DNA of 64,000 nucleotides, taken from positions 17,112,001 through 17,176,000 of the forward strand of contig JBHGNT010000007.1 of assembly GCA_043228905.1 (NCBI GenBank), given 5' to 3'. Shown here one piece after another: positions 11,181-25,400 of this stretch; position 1 is the first letter of the stretch; every line of letters starts with the position of its first letter. The notes below the pieces were generated by a model. It did no database searches. It was given only the letters and a program-made list of their open reading frames with translations, and was not told the DNA's origin. A program made the translations under genes and the position numbers. The stretch comes from Azolla caroliniana (lineage: Eukaryota; Plantae; Polypodiophyta).

Positions 11181-12165
11181 TCTTTTATCATGTGCCTTAA
11201 AGGAGACTTGACCTATCTTTTGTAAGCATTCTACTTGCTTATTGACATGAAGTGTTATATGATGAAAAATTATATGTAGAAACTACACAATAGATTATTT
11301 TTCGAGATCATTTTCATTTATATATAGTTCTCTAGTTTTATGGGGATATCCATCTTATAGGACATAGAACTTTACTAGAACTGAAATGGCATGGTTAGTA
11401 TGTTATGGGTCGTCATATTTTCTTAAATGTGAGGGGACATATTATGTTCTTTTGTGTCATTGGTCAGTAATATTGATGGGATGGGAAGGAAAAATCTTGT
11501 CACAACAAGACGAAAAGCAATTGACCATGGTTAAGAAATAAATTGTATATTGGGGATCCAAAGCAACTTCATGACAAATCATATTACTTATCCATATAAG
11601 ACAAATGTGAGCTCTTTTCAATACTTCCTCATCCACAATGATATACTCGATGAGTCATTTCCATCATCATTGATACTTATGTACATGATATTTAAATTAT
11701 ATTACGTACTTCATGTTTCTTATCTTTCGTACAATTGTCTACAGGTTGTGTTTTAAAATAAAGCTTAAGTTTTTTATGGAACTTGTGTTTAATGTTCTAG
11801 TTTTGTTTCCTCCATAGGTGGAGGTTGGTGTCAAGTATGACGTAATGGGGGATATCTTACCCGCCACTACATTGTATTATCATATGTGTTGTATATGCTT
11901 TTTGAATTGGTAATGGAAACTATGGTGTAATTAAAAAAAAAGAAGGTCTAGTTACATGAGACACATGTGAAACACTATTTTTTATCGAAAAAGAAAGTTG
12001 TAGGGAAACATAGACGGATGTAGTGGGTGAAAATATGTGAATTTCCATTTACACGTGAGGTACTTCAACTTTAAGTTTAGGGAAATTTTAACAACCGTAT
12101 CATATTAGTTATTTGATTTAAAATTACTGCGTAGACATATCTGCAGATTTTTTGTGTTCTTGAGG

Positions 12166-12357
12166 ATATGAGAGTAGTCTGATTTAACAAAATACATGGA
12201 GTGTTGCAAATGGGTGAACCTTATGCAAAGATCCTTGATAGCTTGTAGGTTTGAATGGAAGATATGAGCATAGTCTATTTTAACAAAATACATGGAGTGT
12301 TTCAAATGGGTGAACCTTGTGCGAAGATCTTCGATAGCTCGTAGGTTTGAATGGAGA
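12166..12357. repeat. Tandem duplication, 2 x 96 bp
   Basis: ATATGAG..TAGTCT..TTTAACAAAATACATGGAGTGTT.CAAATGGGTGAACCTT...GTAGGTTTGAATGGA occurs twice. Confidence 0.85.
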
Positions 12358-13011
12358 CGTGCCAACATATTCTCCACACAATGATTATGATGAGTATGGA
12401 TCTTCATGATCCTTAATTCAAAATGACCCATGAGATTCAACATGTAAGAGATAATTACAACTGAACATCTATCTTATCAAAGATAGCAACAAATAAAGAG
12501 AGATGAAATTATTTAACTTATGTTTATACTAAAGTGAAGTCTAAGTCATTGTAACCAAATCAATATGTGCTCAAACAAACAAAATTTGGCATCTTATGGA
12601 ACGGTGTCTATCATAGCTCTTTTTGTTTTATTTTAATTTTTTCAAGTTGGTTTTTGGAGGAGTTTGTCTTGCTACCTAGTGTAGTTTGACCTTCATAAAC
12701 TAATACATGAGATAAGATAGTATGATCGTATGCTAATCCAAAAGAGAGAAGGGCTATAGAGCAGACTCTTTGTGTTTTTGGATTCTCTCTCCTTCCCATG
12801 GGGCTATAAAAGGATGCATAAAGAAAGACAAACTTTTAACACTCTATAGAAGCACTCAAAGAATACCTTGAATCATCAAATATACATGCATCCTTGTATT
12901 TAGGTTTTCTATAATAAGTTTCTTGCTCACATACATACATACTAATATTAGGGTTTTCTATTTTGGATTCTCTCTCGCACATACATACATACACACACAC
13001 AAACAAACAAA

Positions 13012-13636
13012 ATGTTGGAGGGCAAGGCCATGATTGGCCAAACAGATATGTCCATGTCCATGCAAAGACATGCTATGCAATGTGCAACCCATGCTTTAGA
13101 CACCCATGCAATTGGAGATTGTCAAAGCATTGCCCAATCGCTAAAACAGGTATATACACACATAATCATATCCTTCACTTCTCTTGTAACTAGACATTAT
13201 CGTCAATTATGAACAATACAATACATCCATCCATCCATCCATTCATATGTTGGGAGTAGGGAGTGACTTTTCATATGTATATGTGGATGATGCCATTTTA
13301 ATCTTGCATGTATATCTCATTACAATGCAAGATGATCTAATTTGCAGAATGCATGATATAGTATCACCACCATTGTCTTTATAATAATCATCATCATGCA
13401 CTTGATTGGCATCCATGAGACTATATTTGTGCCTTTTGGTGATTATCTTTTCAATGATGATCATGGTGATATGGGATGTGCAGGAGTTTGATAAATGCTA
13501 TGGTACTGGGTGGCAATGTGTGGTCGGTACGAACTTCGCATCTTTTATTTCACACTCGCATGGCCACTTCATTTATTTCCACATTGGAAAGCTTGCCTTC
13601 CTCCTCTTCAAGGGAATGCCTACATCCTACCATTAG
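13012..13636 (+). CDS. DLC: Dynein light chain type 1 (LC8 family), two exons: 13012-13149 and 13484-13636, 96 aa
   Basis: Exon 1 MLEGKAMIGQTDMSMSMQRHAMQCA...IAQSLKQ. Phase-0 GT..CAG intron at 13150-13483. Exon 2 EFDKCYGTGWQCVVGTNFASFISHSHGHFIYFHIGKLAFLLFK matches the LC8 signature EFDK.YG..W.C.VG.NF.S...H....FIYF. Confidence 0.93.
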
Positions 13637-14931
13637 CCTTTCCCTGTTCTACTTAACACTCTGTATTGTGTTTGATTTTCTAATGTTTAAAGTTATTTAA
13701 ACTTAACACTCCAATATTTTTAGCATTAGGACATGTATACTAGACGACCCTTGAGTTTTTGAAGCTCACTCGAGTATCCTTGTGTAGAACAAATGCCTAG
13801 TAGAGTTGTTATATTCTAAGCTATAGAAACTTTTATTATTATGCTAATAACCGAGAAGTTTAGGACCAACTCGGTGTGCTACGGAAGAAGGTTTTGGAAA
13901 AATCAACTCTCATAGGCATAAATTCACACTGATTTGGAAATGTCTTTCAAGCGAACATTGTAAACAAAGTCATTTTCGTTCAAGATGTAAAAACATGCCA
14001 TCTAATTTTCCTATTTAAGCATGTACATTTTGAAGGTTGTACACACCCAGCTATCGAATACACGTCGACAATATATTATGTAATTGTTTATGAAACAAAT
14101 AAATATATAAATATGTTGGGTAATTATGTACATAACTCATGAGGTGATTGCAGTAATGTTCTCCTATCATTATCACCATCATTCATTACATTGATATTAT
14201 TGTTAGCTTCATTTGTTATTAAATCATTATTGGTATTGGTTTACTCTTGTCTTTTTGTTCTACATCGAAAGAGATAAATCTTTAAAATACTAAACCTATA
14301 TTAGTTCAACCTTCATTGTGTATTCTTTTCTATGCCTTTTGATATATCTACTCTAAACTCAAAACCAAAACCCTAAAACAAAACCACCATGTTTACTTGT
14401 TGCCATGCCAATACAAAATATGCAATGTATCATTGACTTTGCCCTCAATATTCACACAATAGCTTTCAAGTACCTTGGTCTTACCTTACAACATGACGCC
14501 ATCAAACTTGATGATTTCTTGATACATCTTATTCCCTGAATTGTTACCTTTTATTTATTGTTTAGAGAATGTTGTAGTAAATTACAACATACAAATCTAC
14601 TAGATGTAATTGTGATATACGTTTGATGTTTTTATAATTTTGTTTACATGGCTCTATTGTTAAGTTTATATTGTTTGTTAATTCATCTTTTTGGTTTACA
14701 CTTTAACAATGTCCTTGTTTTAGTTCAGATTTTTTCATCCACATTAATATTCTTTTAATGTTTTATAACCTTATTATTCTTGCCATACAACTTGAACTAA
14801 ATAGGTTCAAATCGAGTTATAGTGATCCCTTTACCTTATTCAATATTTCTCAATGTTTTAAAATGTTTTTGATACTATTCTAGAATGAACAACATCCAAT
14901 TGTCTTTTCCTAATTAGGTCATGTCTATTAT

Positions 14932-14935
<4 letters not shown>

Positions 14936-14968
<33 letters not shown>

Positions 14969-14980
14969 TATATATACATA
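14936..14980. repeat. (AC)n/(AT)n microsatellite
   Basis: Seen directly. Confidence 0.9.
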
Positions 14981-16317
14981 CGTTGGTAAGATGGAATATG
15001 GTTTCATATTTTGGATAACTTTATATTTGTTAACCTTTCAAAATGAAGGATGCTTCTGATTTAAGAACATAAAAATGTGAGCTACATTTTATACTTGAAA
15101 CTAAATTTACACTAATTTTAGGCTAAGACTCATCATAAAAAAATGCATGAAGGATTAGTTTGACTACCAAGGTACAACATTGTTCATGTGTTGTAATGTT
15201 CTCTTGTAGGGTCCAATATTATTGTACAAACACAAAAAATGTCAATGATGCTCATTTACTTGAGAATATGTGAAAGGATGCCTCTAGTCTTATCCTAGAT
15301 GGCGTAGAAATTTGTGCAAACATGTGGGCAATCAATTGCTCAACATTGTTGTAGCAACATGTGCAAAGGTATAACCAACCAATTATTTTACAATCCTATA
15401 AAGAGATGGGCAAAGAAAGATAAACAATAAATTATTCTACAATCCACTTGTATGCTCAAAAACATTTATTGAAACAATAAAGGACAAAGTTCAATCATCA
15501 AGTAGGAAAGGCATCTTTATAGTTTGCGGTGGATAACGTGTGGCAAGAATAATGTAATCCTCATATGCAAAATCATGGAACGTGTAAAAATATATAGGTT
15601 TTCCCATCCTTACTTTAGAAAGGGTAAAAATATGTGGAAACGATCTAAGCAATAATTTGTCCACCAATTGTTGAGGTGATGAATTATGGCATCTTATACA
15701 CCTTTTTTTACTGCATATGGTGGATGATATTTAATCCTCATATGCCAAGAACATTGAATCTTATGAGATGACCAATGTTAGGCAAACATTTTTATCCCGT
15801 TTAGAAAATTTCCTACTTATTAACGTAACTGGATTTTCATAATTTCAACAAACCATTTTTCTTTTATAGTTCTCGTTGTTATAAGCTTGGCATAGTTTGT
15901 ATGGCATGAACCATCCCGGAGAAAAGTTTTAGAGACTATTGTGTTTATGGTGAAGCCTACTATTATATAGAAGCCCTTAGTTTATTTCTTTGATCTTCCT
16001 TGGTAGCAGTCGACATGGCTTGTAAAACTAGTCTTTGTTGCAAGGTTAGTCTTTATGTTTCGTCAAATCACAAACTAGGTGTCAACTGGTCACATATCTT
16101 ATTCTTATACACAAGGAAATTATCTTTCCATGACAAATTCGCCCGAACACATAATCTATGAACCCCCACTTCAAGTCATGGAATTCCATCGTGATATGTA
16201 ATTGTTGTACCAACATTGCCACTACTTGTACGGGATATTTGCTTTACTTCTTTAGTTGTCTTTGTAAAGAATCGACGGTGATTCTTGTGTAGCAGAATAG
16301 GTTAGAGATGTGTGTTA

Positions 16318-16357
<40 letters not shown>

Positions 16358-17150
16358 GAGAGGAGAGGAGAGAGACACAAGATCGATAATAGAAAATACT
16401 CAAGAAGATTGTAAATTACAAAGGAGATTAACCAACATATTACAAAGCAGGAGAAGAGTGCTTTATATAGTCACTCTCTCTCTTCATTAACTACCGAAGC
16501 TCATGAGTCATGGGGAATATGAAAACTCATTAGTTATTTGTCATAGAATATGATTCTATGACACATAGTTAATGTGTAAAGAGTAGTGGTGTGACTTTTG
16601 ACCTTTGAGTGTTCATACACTCTCAAGGGTGTGTTCACACAGTAGGCTAGGTTGAGATTGATTCTCAACACGCCCCCTCAAGCTCAACTTTGGTTAGCTT
16701 GTCTGCTTCGGCTGGTACCTGATTCGAACGATATTCGGTTCTCTCTGTTTGTTGTCCACTTCGGCTAATACCCGGTTCAGACGTACTCCCCCTCAAGCTT
16801 GGCAAGTCATGGATCATCAATCCAAGGTCTGACATGAATTGCCGGAGCTTGTCGGCTCCCAGGGCTTTGGTGAAGATGTCCCGTTGTCTAAAGATTTGTG
16901 CTGATGTGTTGAAGGTTGACATCTCCAGCCTGAACGCACTCTCGATATGCTTCGTGCGTGCGTGGAACACCAAGTTCCAAGCTAGATGAATACTGTTCAT
17001 GTTGCCACAGTAAAGGGGAATTGAATCTCTGATGGGAACGCCTAGATCCTTCAATATCCTCTTGAGCCATACGACTTCATGTTGGGAGACAGGTCCCTCC
17101 GGATGGGAAGGGAGAAGAACAGTGCCGACGAACAATTTCGGCCGAGGCCG

Positions 17151-17540
17151 AAACCGGATGAGGAGTACCCGGCTACGGAGAGCCGGATGGTGCAAGCCCG
17201 GTGTGAACTGGATGAGGAGTACCCAGCTATGGAGAGCCGGATGGTGCAGGCCCAATGTGAACCGGATGAGGAGTACCCGGCTACGAAGAGGCGGATGGTG
17301 CAGGCCCAGTGTGAACCGGATGAGGAGTACCCGGCTACGGAGAGCCGGATGGTGTAGGCCCGGTGGGAACCGGATGAGGAGTACCCGGCTACGGAGAGCC
17401 GGATGGTGCAGGCCCGGTGCGAACCGGATGAGGAGTACCCGGCTACGGAGAGCCGGATGGTGCAGAACCAGCGAGAACCGGATGAGGAGCACCCGACTAC
17501 GGAGAGCCGAATGACGCAGACCCGGTGCGAACCGGAGGAA
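17151..17540 (+). repeat. 54-bp tandem repeat x ~7 in U3 of copia D 5' LTR
   Basis: Unit GAACCGGATGAGGAGTACCCGGCTACGGAGAGCCGGATGGTGCAGGCCCGGTGT. Confidence 0.95.
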
Positions 17541-18020
17541 GAGACATATTCGTAAATATGTTTCTGAGAGCCCATCGAGGCTACATTTGTAAATAGCCGA
17601 AAAGTCATATTAGTATAAATATGACTTAGGGCAAACTTTTAGTGAGTAGTTGTTTGTCATTCTTGTTGGTGCAAGAATTGAGAGTGTGCGTAACTGTACA
17701 GAGAGAGAGAGAGAAAGAGGTCGCTGCCTCTATTGTAACCGCCGGCTGTGGCGAAGATCTGTGAGCACGAGGTCGGTGCCTCAATGAACTCAGTGTTGTA
17801 CATTTCATCATAGTGATAGTTTGTAGCCTGTGGGCTGCCATGGTTTTTCCCCTAGTTTGGGGTTTTCCACGTAAACCTCCTGTGTACCTTGTCTCCTCTT
17901 TGTGTCGCGTTTTATTTCCCGTTTTCTGTGTATCATTCTAAGCTCGGTTGTGGCCGAGCGTTGCGCATAAGGAACGTTGCAGTTCCCGTCAAGTGGTATC
18001 AGAGCGAAACGACATAGAAA

Positions 18021-21000
18021 ATGGACGAATCGTTTGGCGGCATGTTCAAGCTCACCGGCTCCAACTATTCGGTATGGAAGTCGAAGATGAGGGACATGCT
18101 CGTGGTTAAAGACCTCTGGCTGCCGGTTCAGTTCGGGGACAAGAGACCGGACAAAATCGACACTGCGATATGGGAGGTGATGCACATGAAGATAACGGCG
18201 TACATACGGTGCTTCATCGACATGAGCCTGTACAACAACTTCAATGAAGAGGGCAAGGCTCATGAGCTCTGGGAGAAGATCGGCATAATGTTTCAAAACA
18301 AAAATGCTGTTAATCAGGTTTCGGTATTCCGGAAGCTAGTAAGACTCCACTACCAAGATGGCTCCAGCATGGCGGAGCCTATGAATGCCTTCCAGGGGCT
18401 GATACACCAAGCAACGTCATTGGAAGTACCTCTCACCGATGAGGTAGTAGCGCTGCTCCTGCTCGGTTCCCTCCCGGATAGCTGGGAGACGTTGGTTGTC
18501 ACCTTGGGCAATGCCGGACCGGAAGGAAAACGGTTATCCCTAGCAAGAGTAAAGTCGAGCTTGCTAGATGAGGAGGCGCGTTGGAAAGATAAAGATACGA
18601 GCTCCGACTCTAAAGCGCTCCTTACCGAATCGGAACGCGGAAGACATAGAAACCGTAGTCCCCAGAACCGGGGGAAGTCGGGGACACGGTCAAAGTCAAG
18701 GGGGAGGCCCACTTGCTTTCCGTAAAGACAAGGAAACCGATGGTACCGATTCGAAGCGGACCCCGGACCGGAACGATAAAGACCGGAGGGGAACGGACCG
18801 GAAGGGAACAACGGCAATCGCGGCAAGTGAAGAAGAGTTGATGCTCATCACCGAGGAGAGTGAGATAAACCTTGCCGGCGACGAGATGACCTGGGTGGTA
18901 GACTCCGGAGCATCGTTCCACCTTACCCCGAACTGGAAATGCTTCTCATCCTACTCAGCCGGTGACCACGGCTGTGTCCGGATGGGGAATGAAGGTACAT
19001 GCTGAATTGTCGGCATAGGAGACGTGTGGCTGTCAACACCAATTGGATGCAAGTTGTTGCTGAGGGATGTCCGACACATTCCGGAGGTTCGTATGAACCT
19101 AATATCAGCCGGTCGGCTAGATGATGAAGGCTACACGGGTAGCATCCGGAATGGTGTCATGAAGTTCAGCAAAGGGAGCCTGATTGTGGCTCGAGCCCGG
19201 AAGGTCAACACACTGTACTTGATGAATGCCTGGTTATGTCCGGAAGAAGTGAACATGGCATCCGACACTGCCGGTGAGCTGTGGCACAAGAGGCTGTGTC
19301 ATATGAGCGAGAAGGGGATGAAGAGGCTTGCAGACGACAACCTCATTCCAGTGAAGAACGTGCACTTAGAGAAGTGCACTGATTGTCTGGCCGGTAAGCA
19401 GAACCGAACCTCCTTCCGACCAAGGCCACCGATGAGACGTAATGCACCACTGGAGTTGGTGCATACGGATGTGTGTCAAGTAGACACGAAGTCACATGCC
19501 GGAGCGCAGTACTTCGTGACGTTCATAGATGACCACAACCGGAAGCTGTGGGCCACACCGTTGAAGACGAAGGATCAGGTGTTATCCGTCTTCAAAGAGC
19601 TCCACGCGAGAGTGGAAAGAGAAAACGGCCGGAAGCTGAAGGCGGTTCGAGTAGACAACGGCGGAGAATACCGGGGGCAGTTCGAGGAGTACTGCCACTC
19701 GAAGGGAATCCGGCTCGAATTTACCGTGCCGAAGACGCCGGAACTAAACGGACTTGCCGAGAGGAGGAACCGGACCATAATGGAGAGGGTCCGGAGTATG
19801 CTAGCACATGCAAAACTACCCAAGAAGTTTTGGGCTGAGGCATTGTCGACGGCGACATACGTGATAAACAGATCACCCTCAGTACCCTTGGACGGAGACA
19901 CGCCACAGAGAGTATGGACCGGTAAGGAAGTGTCCTACCGGCATCTGAAGGTGTTCGGGTGTCTCGCGTATGTGCATGTAGCAAAGGACCGGAGAGGAAA
20001 GTTAGATCCAAAGACCCGGCCATGCGTATTCCTCGGTTACGGTGACGATGAGTTCGTTTACCGAGTGTAGGACCCGGTCGACAAGAAGGTATTCCGGAGT
20101 CGAGATATTATCTTCATGGAGGACAAGACACTCTCCGACTAGGAGTCGGAGAAGAAGATAATGAACTCCGAGTCGACCGGTATGGATTGACTCTACGATG
20201 AGCAGACCCAACCGGCAAGAGACCGGTTAGCACTCGAGGGACTAGCCGGTTACGGTGAGGATACCGAACAGGCTGAAGAAGAAGTAGAGGAAGCTGAAAC
20301 CAAAACTGGCCAAGACCTTGAATCGGATTCGGATGAAGAGCAGATGGATGAGCCGGTCACCGAAGCCCAGAGACGGAGATATCCTCTCAGAGAGAGAAGG
20401 GCCCCTCGGAGATTTCCGGATGCAGATCATGTTCTGTTGACCGATGAGGGGGAGCCGGAAAGCTTCGAAGAAGCGAAGGAAGACACCCACAGCCGAAAAT
20501 GGTTAAGTGCCATGCAGGATGAGATGGATTCCCTGCATGAGAACCATACGTATAAATTGGTGGAGTTGCCGAAACGAAAGCGGGCACTCCGAAACAAGTG
20601 GGTGTACAAGTTGAAACCGGGAGATGCCGGCAACCCCCCGAGATACAAAGCCAGGATCGTGGTGAAGGGGTTCCAGTAGAAGAAGGGCGTGGACTTCGAC
20701 GAGATATTTGCCCCGGTAGTAAAGATGACCTCCATCCGGACGGTGCTGAGTATAGCGGCTAGCATGGACCTCGAGGTAGAGCAGCTAGACGTGAAGACGA
20801 CATTCCTTCACGGCGACCTCGAAGAGGAGATCTACATGCAGCAACCGGAAGAATTTGTGGAGAAAGGGAAGGAGCACCTGGTATGCCGGCTGAAGAAGAG
20901 CCTGTACGGACTAAAGTAGGCTCCCCGACAATGGTACCGGAAGTTCGATTCCTTCATGACCGATCAAGGGTACCACAAGACGCAGGCCAATCACTGTGTG

Positions 21001-22023
21001 TTTGTGAAGAAGTTCGAAGGAGGCAATTTCTTGATACTCCTTCTGTACGTGGATGACATGTTGATCGTCGGACGGGACCAAGTCAAAATACGGATGCTGA
21101 AGAAGGCTCTCAACCGGACCTTCTCAATGAAAGACTTGGGTCCGGCAAGACAGATGCTGGGGATGCACATCATTCGGGACCGGTCAGTGAAGCAATTATG
21201 GCTGTCACAGGAGAAGTATGTGACAAAGGTGCTTCACCGGTTCAACATGTCAGAGGCGAAACCAGTCGGATCGACACTTCCAGCAAACTGCAGGCTATCC
21301 GGTAAACAAAGCCCGAAGACGAAAGTAGAGAAGGCGGATATGATGAAGATTCCATATGCCTCTGCCGTCGGGAGCTTGATGTACGCAATGGTGTGTACCT
21401 GACCGGATATAGGATACGCAGTCAGAGTGGTGAGCCGGTTCATGAGCAATCCCGGCAAGGAGCACTGGAACGCGGTCAAATGGATACTCCGGTATTTGAA
21501 GGGCACTTCAAATATGTGTCTCCGATTCGGCTCCGGAAAACCTCAACTGGACGGTTTCACCGATTCGGACATGTCGGCTGATGTGGATACTAGCCGGTCT
21601 ACATCCGGGTATGTAATGACATATGCAGGGGGAGCTGTTTCCTGGTAGTCGAGGCTGCAGAAGACGGTTGCATTGTAAACCACAGAGGCGGAGTACATGG
21701 CAGTTGTGGAAGCCGGCAAGGAAATCTTATGGATGAAGGATTTCATCGAAGAGCTCGGTATCCGACAAGATGAATACCGACTCTATTGCGACAGTCAAAG
21801 TGCCATCCACCTTGCTAAGAATGCGGCCTACCATTCCCGGACGAAGCATATCCAACGGAGATATCACTGGATCCGGGAAAGAGTAGATGACCAGGAGTCC
21901 GCGCTGACGAAAATCCACACGGCTGAGAACGGGTCAGATATGCTAACCAAAGTGCTGACACCCGACAAGCTGAACGCATGCCGGAAGAGGATCGGGCTGG
22001 TAAGTCAGCCCATGCCGGAGTGA
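18021..22023 (+). pseudogene. Copia gag-pol polyprotein, disrupted
   Basis: WVVDSGAS, LWHKRLCHMS, VHTDVC, DNGGEY, LLYVDDML and HSRTKHI; in-frame stops and a zinc-knuckle deletion. Confidence 0.95.
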
Positions 22024-22087
22024 AGGGGGAGTTTGTTGGGAGACAGGTCCCTCTGGATGGGAAGGGAGAAGAACAGTGCCTCGGCCG

Positions 22088-22478
22088 AAACTAGATGAGG
22101 AGTACCCGGCTACGGAGAGCCGGATGGTGTAGGCCCGGTGGGAACCGGATGAGGAGTACCCGGCTACGGAGAGCCGGATGGTGCAAGCCCGGTGTGAACC
22201 GGATGAGGAGTACCCAGCTATGGAGAGCCGGATGGTGCAGGCCCGGTGTGAACCGGATGAGGAGTACCCGGCTACGGAGAGCCGGATGGTGTAGGCCCGG
22301 TGGGAACCGGATGAGGAGTACCCGGCTACGGAGAGCCGGATGGTGCAGGCCCGGTGCGAACCGGATGAGGAGTACCCGGCTACGGAGAGCCGGATGGTGC
22401 AGAACCAGCGAGAACCGGATGAGGAGCACCCGACTACGGAGAGCCGAATGACGCAGACCCGGTGCGAACCGGAGGAAG
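22088..22478 (+). repeat. 54-bp tandem repeat x ~7 in U3 of copia D 3' LTR
   Basis: Same unit as 17151-17540. Confidence 0.95.
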
Positions 22479-25400
22479 AGACATATTCGTAAATATGTTT
22501 CTGAGAGCCCATCGAGGCTACATTTGTAAATAGCCGAAAAGTCATATTAGTATAAATATGACTTAGGGCAAACTTTTAGTGAGTAGTTGTTTGTCATTCT
22601 TGTTGGTGCAAGAATTGAGAGTGTGCGTAACTGTACAGAGAGAGAGAGAGAGAGAAAGAGGTTGCTGCGTCTATTGTAACCGCCGGCTGTGGCGAAGATC
22701 TGTGAGCACGAGGTCGGTGCCTCAGTGAACTCAGTGTTGTACATTTCATCATAGTGATAGTTTGCAGCCTGTGGGCTGCCGTGGTTTTTCCCCTCGTTTG
22801 GGGTTTTCCACGTAAACCTCCTGTGTACCTTGTCTCCTCTTTGTGTTGCGTTTTATTTCCCGTTTTCTGTGTATCATTCTAAGCTCAGTTGTGGCCGAGC
22901 GTTGCGCATAAGGAACGTTGCAGTTCCCATCACTTCACATGGAGCCACCACCGCGCCCCTGTATTTGGCCTCTGTGCTCGAAAGAGCGACGGTTGGTTGC
23001 TTTTTGCTACTCCAGGAGATGGCTCCACTTCCGAGGGAGAAGACGAAACCAAAGGTTGATCATCGATCGGCTTTGTCGCCGGCCTAGTCGGCATGTATGT
23101 ACCCTTCGAGTTGAATTGGCATGGCCGACTTATAGAGAATGCCATAGTCCATCGTTCCACTTACGTATCGTAGCACTCGCTTAGCACAATCCGAATGAAT
23201 ATCTCGTTGAGTTTTCATGAATTGGCTAAGGAGGCCGACTGGATAGCTCAGGTCGGGTCGAGTGATCGTGAGGTAGATGAGGCTCCCGATCAGTTGTCGA
23301 TACTGAGTCGGCTCACACACTATGGTGTCGGAGTCCGCATCCAGTTTGAGGTTTCGATCAAGTGGGGTTGCCACATAATTGCACTCGGTCATTCCGAACT
23401 TGTATAACAAGTTGAGGATGTAGTGTCGTTGAGATATCATTATTCCGGTTGGAGTCCGGATTACCTCAATGTCGAGGAAGAAATGGAGCTCTTTCATGTT
23501 CGTCATCTCGAATTTTCTAGAGAGGAGGGACTTGACCTTGTTGATGTCGACTAGATGCTCACCTCCAATGACCAGATCATCCATGTATAGGAGATGACAA
23601 TCAGACTTTCAGAATTGCTTCTTACATAGAGAGAATTGTCAAATTTGGACATTCGGAAGCCGATTCGATGAAGATATTGTGTTATCTTCTAGTGCCAAGC
23701 ACGTGGTGCTTGCTTAAGGCCGTAGAGAGGCTTCTTGAGTCGGCATACGGCTTTTGGATGAATATTGGATTCGAAGCCAGGTGGTTGTACCATGTACACC
23801 TCCTCTTCTAATTTGCCTTGACGAAAGGTGTTCTTGACATCCATTTGATGGAGGTGCCACCGTTTCGCTGCAGCAAGTGCTATCACAGTCCGCATTGTTG
23901 TCATCTTTGCCATTGGGGCAAAGGTCTCTTCATAGTCGACTCCTTGTGTTTGTGCGTAGCCCTTTGTTACGAGTCGAGCTTTGTAGCGGTTCACAGAACC
24001 GTGGGCATTATACTTCACTTTGTATATCCATCTACAGGCAATTGCCTTCTTCTGTGGTGAGTGAGGAACGAGATCCCATGTCTTATTCTTGCTGAGAGCT
24101 TGCATCTCCTCGTTCATCGCTTCAACCCATTGTGGATATTTAGCGGCTTCCGCAAAGCTCTCCGGTTCTCGAACTACTACCACCTTCATTATAAAGGCAT
24201 AGTGGTATGCCATATAGTCGTTGTAGCCGAATCGGCTAACTGGATTCTTCTCTCGGGTGGAGCGACGGAGTTTCTCATTTGCCGATGTGAGTGCTTTCTT
24301 AACTCTGGGTGACCTCATAAGAGGCACATCAAAGCCATCGAACTCACTATTGAATGAGTGAGTCGATTTGTTGCCATCGAAGTGATCGTCTTCATGTTCT
24401 GGAATTTTGGCCTTCCCTTTGTCCATCTTTGGACTTGGCCAAGATATGCTTTCATTGCTCGGAGGCTCTTGTGGTCCGCTCAATCTGGTGGAGATCGGAC
24501 TCTCTTCGAGTATTGACCTTAGTTGATCATTGTTTTCTGTGTTGTTGAGGTCGTTCGTAGATGGTTCGGGAGGAGTCGGCTCGGGTTTGTACCATGATGT
24601 CAATTTGTCAAAGATGACATTCCTACTTACACAAGCATTCCGAGTAGAGGGGTTGAAGCACTTTGTACCCCTTTTGCTCTAGTGAGTACCCCACAAGGAT
24701 GCACTTCTCTGATTTTGGGTCAAGCTTTTGCCGCTTCTCATCAGGAATGTGCACGTATGCAATGGAGCCGAATATCCTTACATGGGATAGATCTGGCTTC
24801 TTCCCATAGTATTTCTCGTGCGGGGTGACCTCGTGCACTCCGAATGATGTGAACTAGTTCATGAGGTAGACAACCGTATTTGTATCTTTTGCCCAATATG
24901 ACTTTGGCATATGCTTCTCATTTAGCATGGCCCTTGCTACTTTGAGGATATGCCGATTCTTGCGTTCAAGTACACCGTTCTGTTGCGGTGTGTGTCGACA
25001 AGTGAATTCTCGCTGAATTCCTTCTTATTGAAGGTATGCCGTGAACGCATTGAAGAAGTATTCCTTTCCTCCGTCTGACCAAAGACATCCTACATGGCGG
25101 CCAGTTGTCTTTTCGACTTCGGTTTTGAATTTTCGGAAGTGTGTAAACACTTCGCTCTTCATCCTCATGGAAAAGATCCATGTGTATCTAGAGAAGTCAT
25201 CGATGAAGGTAACATAGTACCGACATCCTCCGAATGTGGCCGTCTATGCCAATCCCCACACATTTGAATGGACTACGTCCAATAGGCCTTTGCTCACGTT
25301 CCTCTCCTTCGGGAATGGGTGCTGAATTGGCATGCTTCATGTAAAAGAATACGTGTGAGAAAGCGTATATGAAACACAGAGCACACAGTTCGGAGAACAA

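Larger units (their letters stand above)
17080..22932 (+). mobile_element. Full-length degenerate Ty1/copia element D
   Basis: LTRs at 17080-17991 and 22034-22932; TSD CTTCA at 17075-17079 and 22933-22937; PBS TGGTATCAGAGC at 17994; PPT at 22023-22031; gag-PR-IN-RT-RH with many stops. Confidence 0.96.

Noticed and set aside
11190-12460. Possible decayed coding or DNA-transposon sequence
   Set aside because: No recognisable motif in any frame; cannot be classified by eye.
15100-16260. Possible highly decayed transposase remnant
   Set aside because: Composition looks coding-like, but there is no ORF or diagnostic motif.
17032-17608. Repetitive ORFs (NRMRSTRLRRAGWCRPG)n and their antisense frames; superficially CRISPR-like array
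   Set aside because: These are translations of a 54-bp tandem repeat inside an LTR. There are no unique spacers and no cas genes, and the context is eukaryotic.
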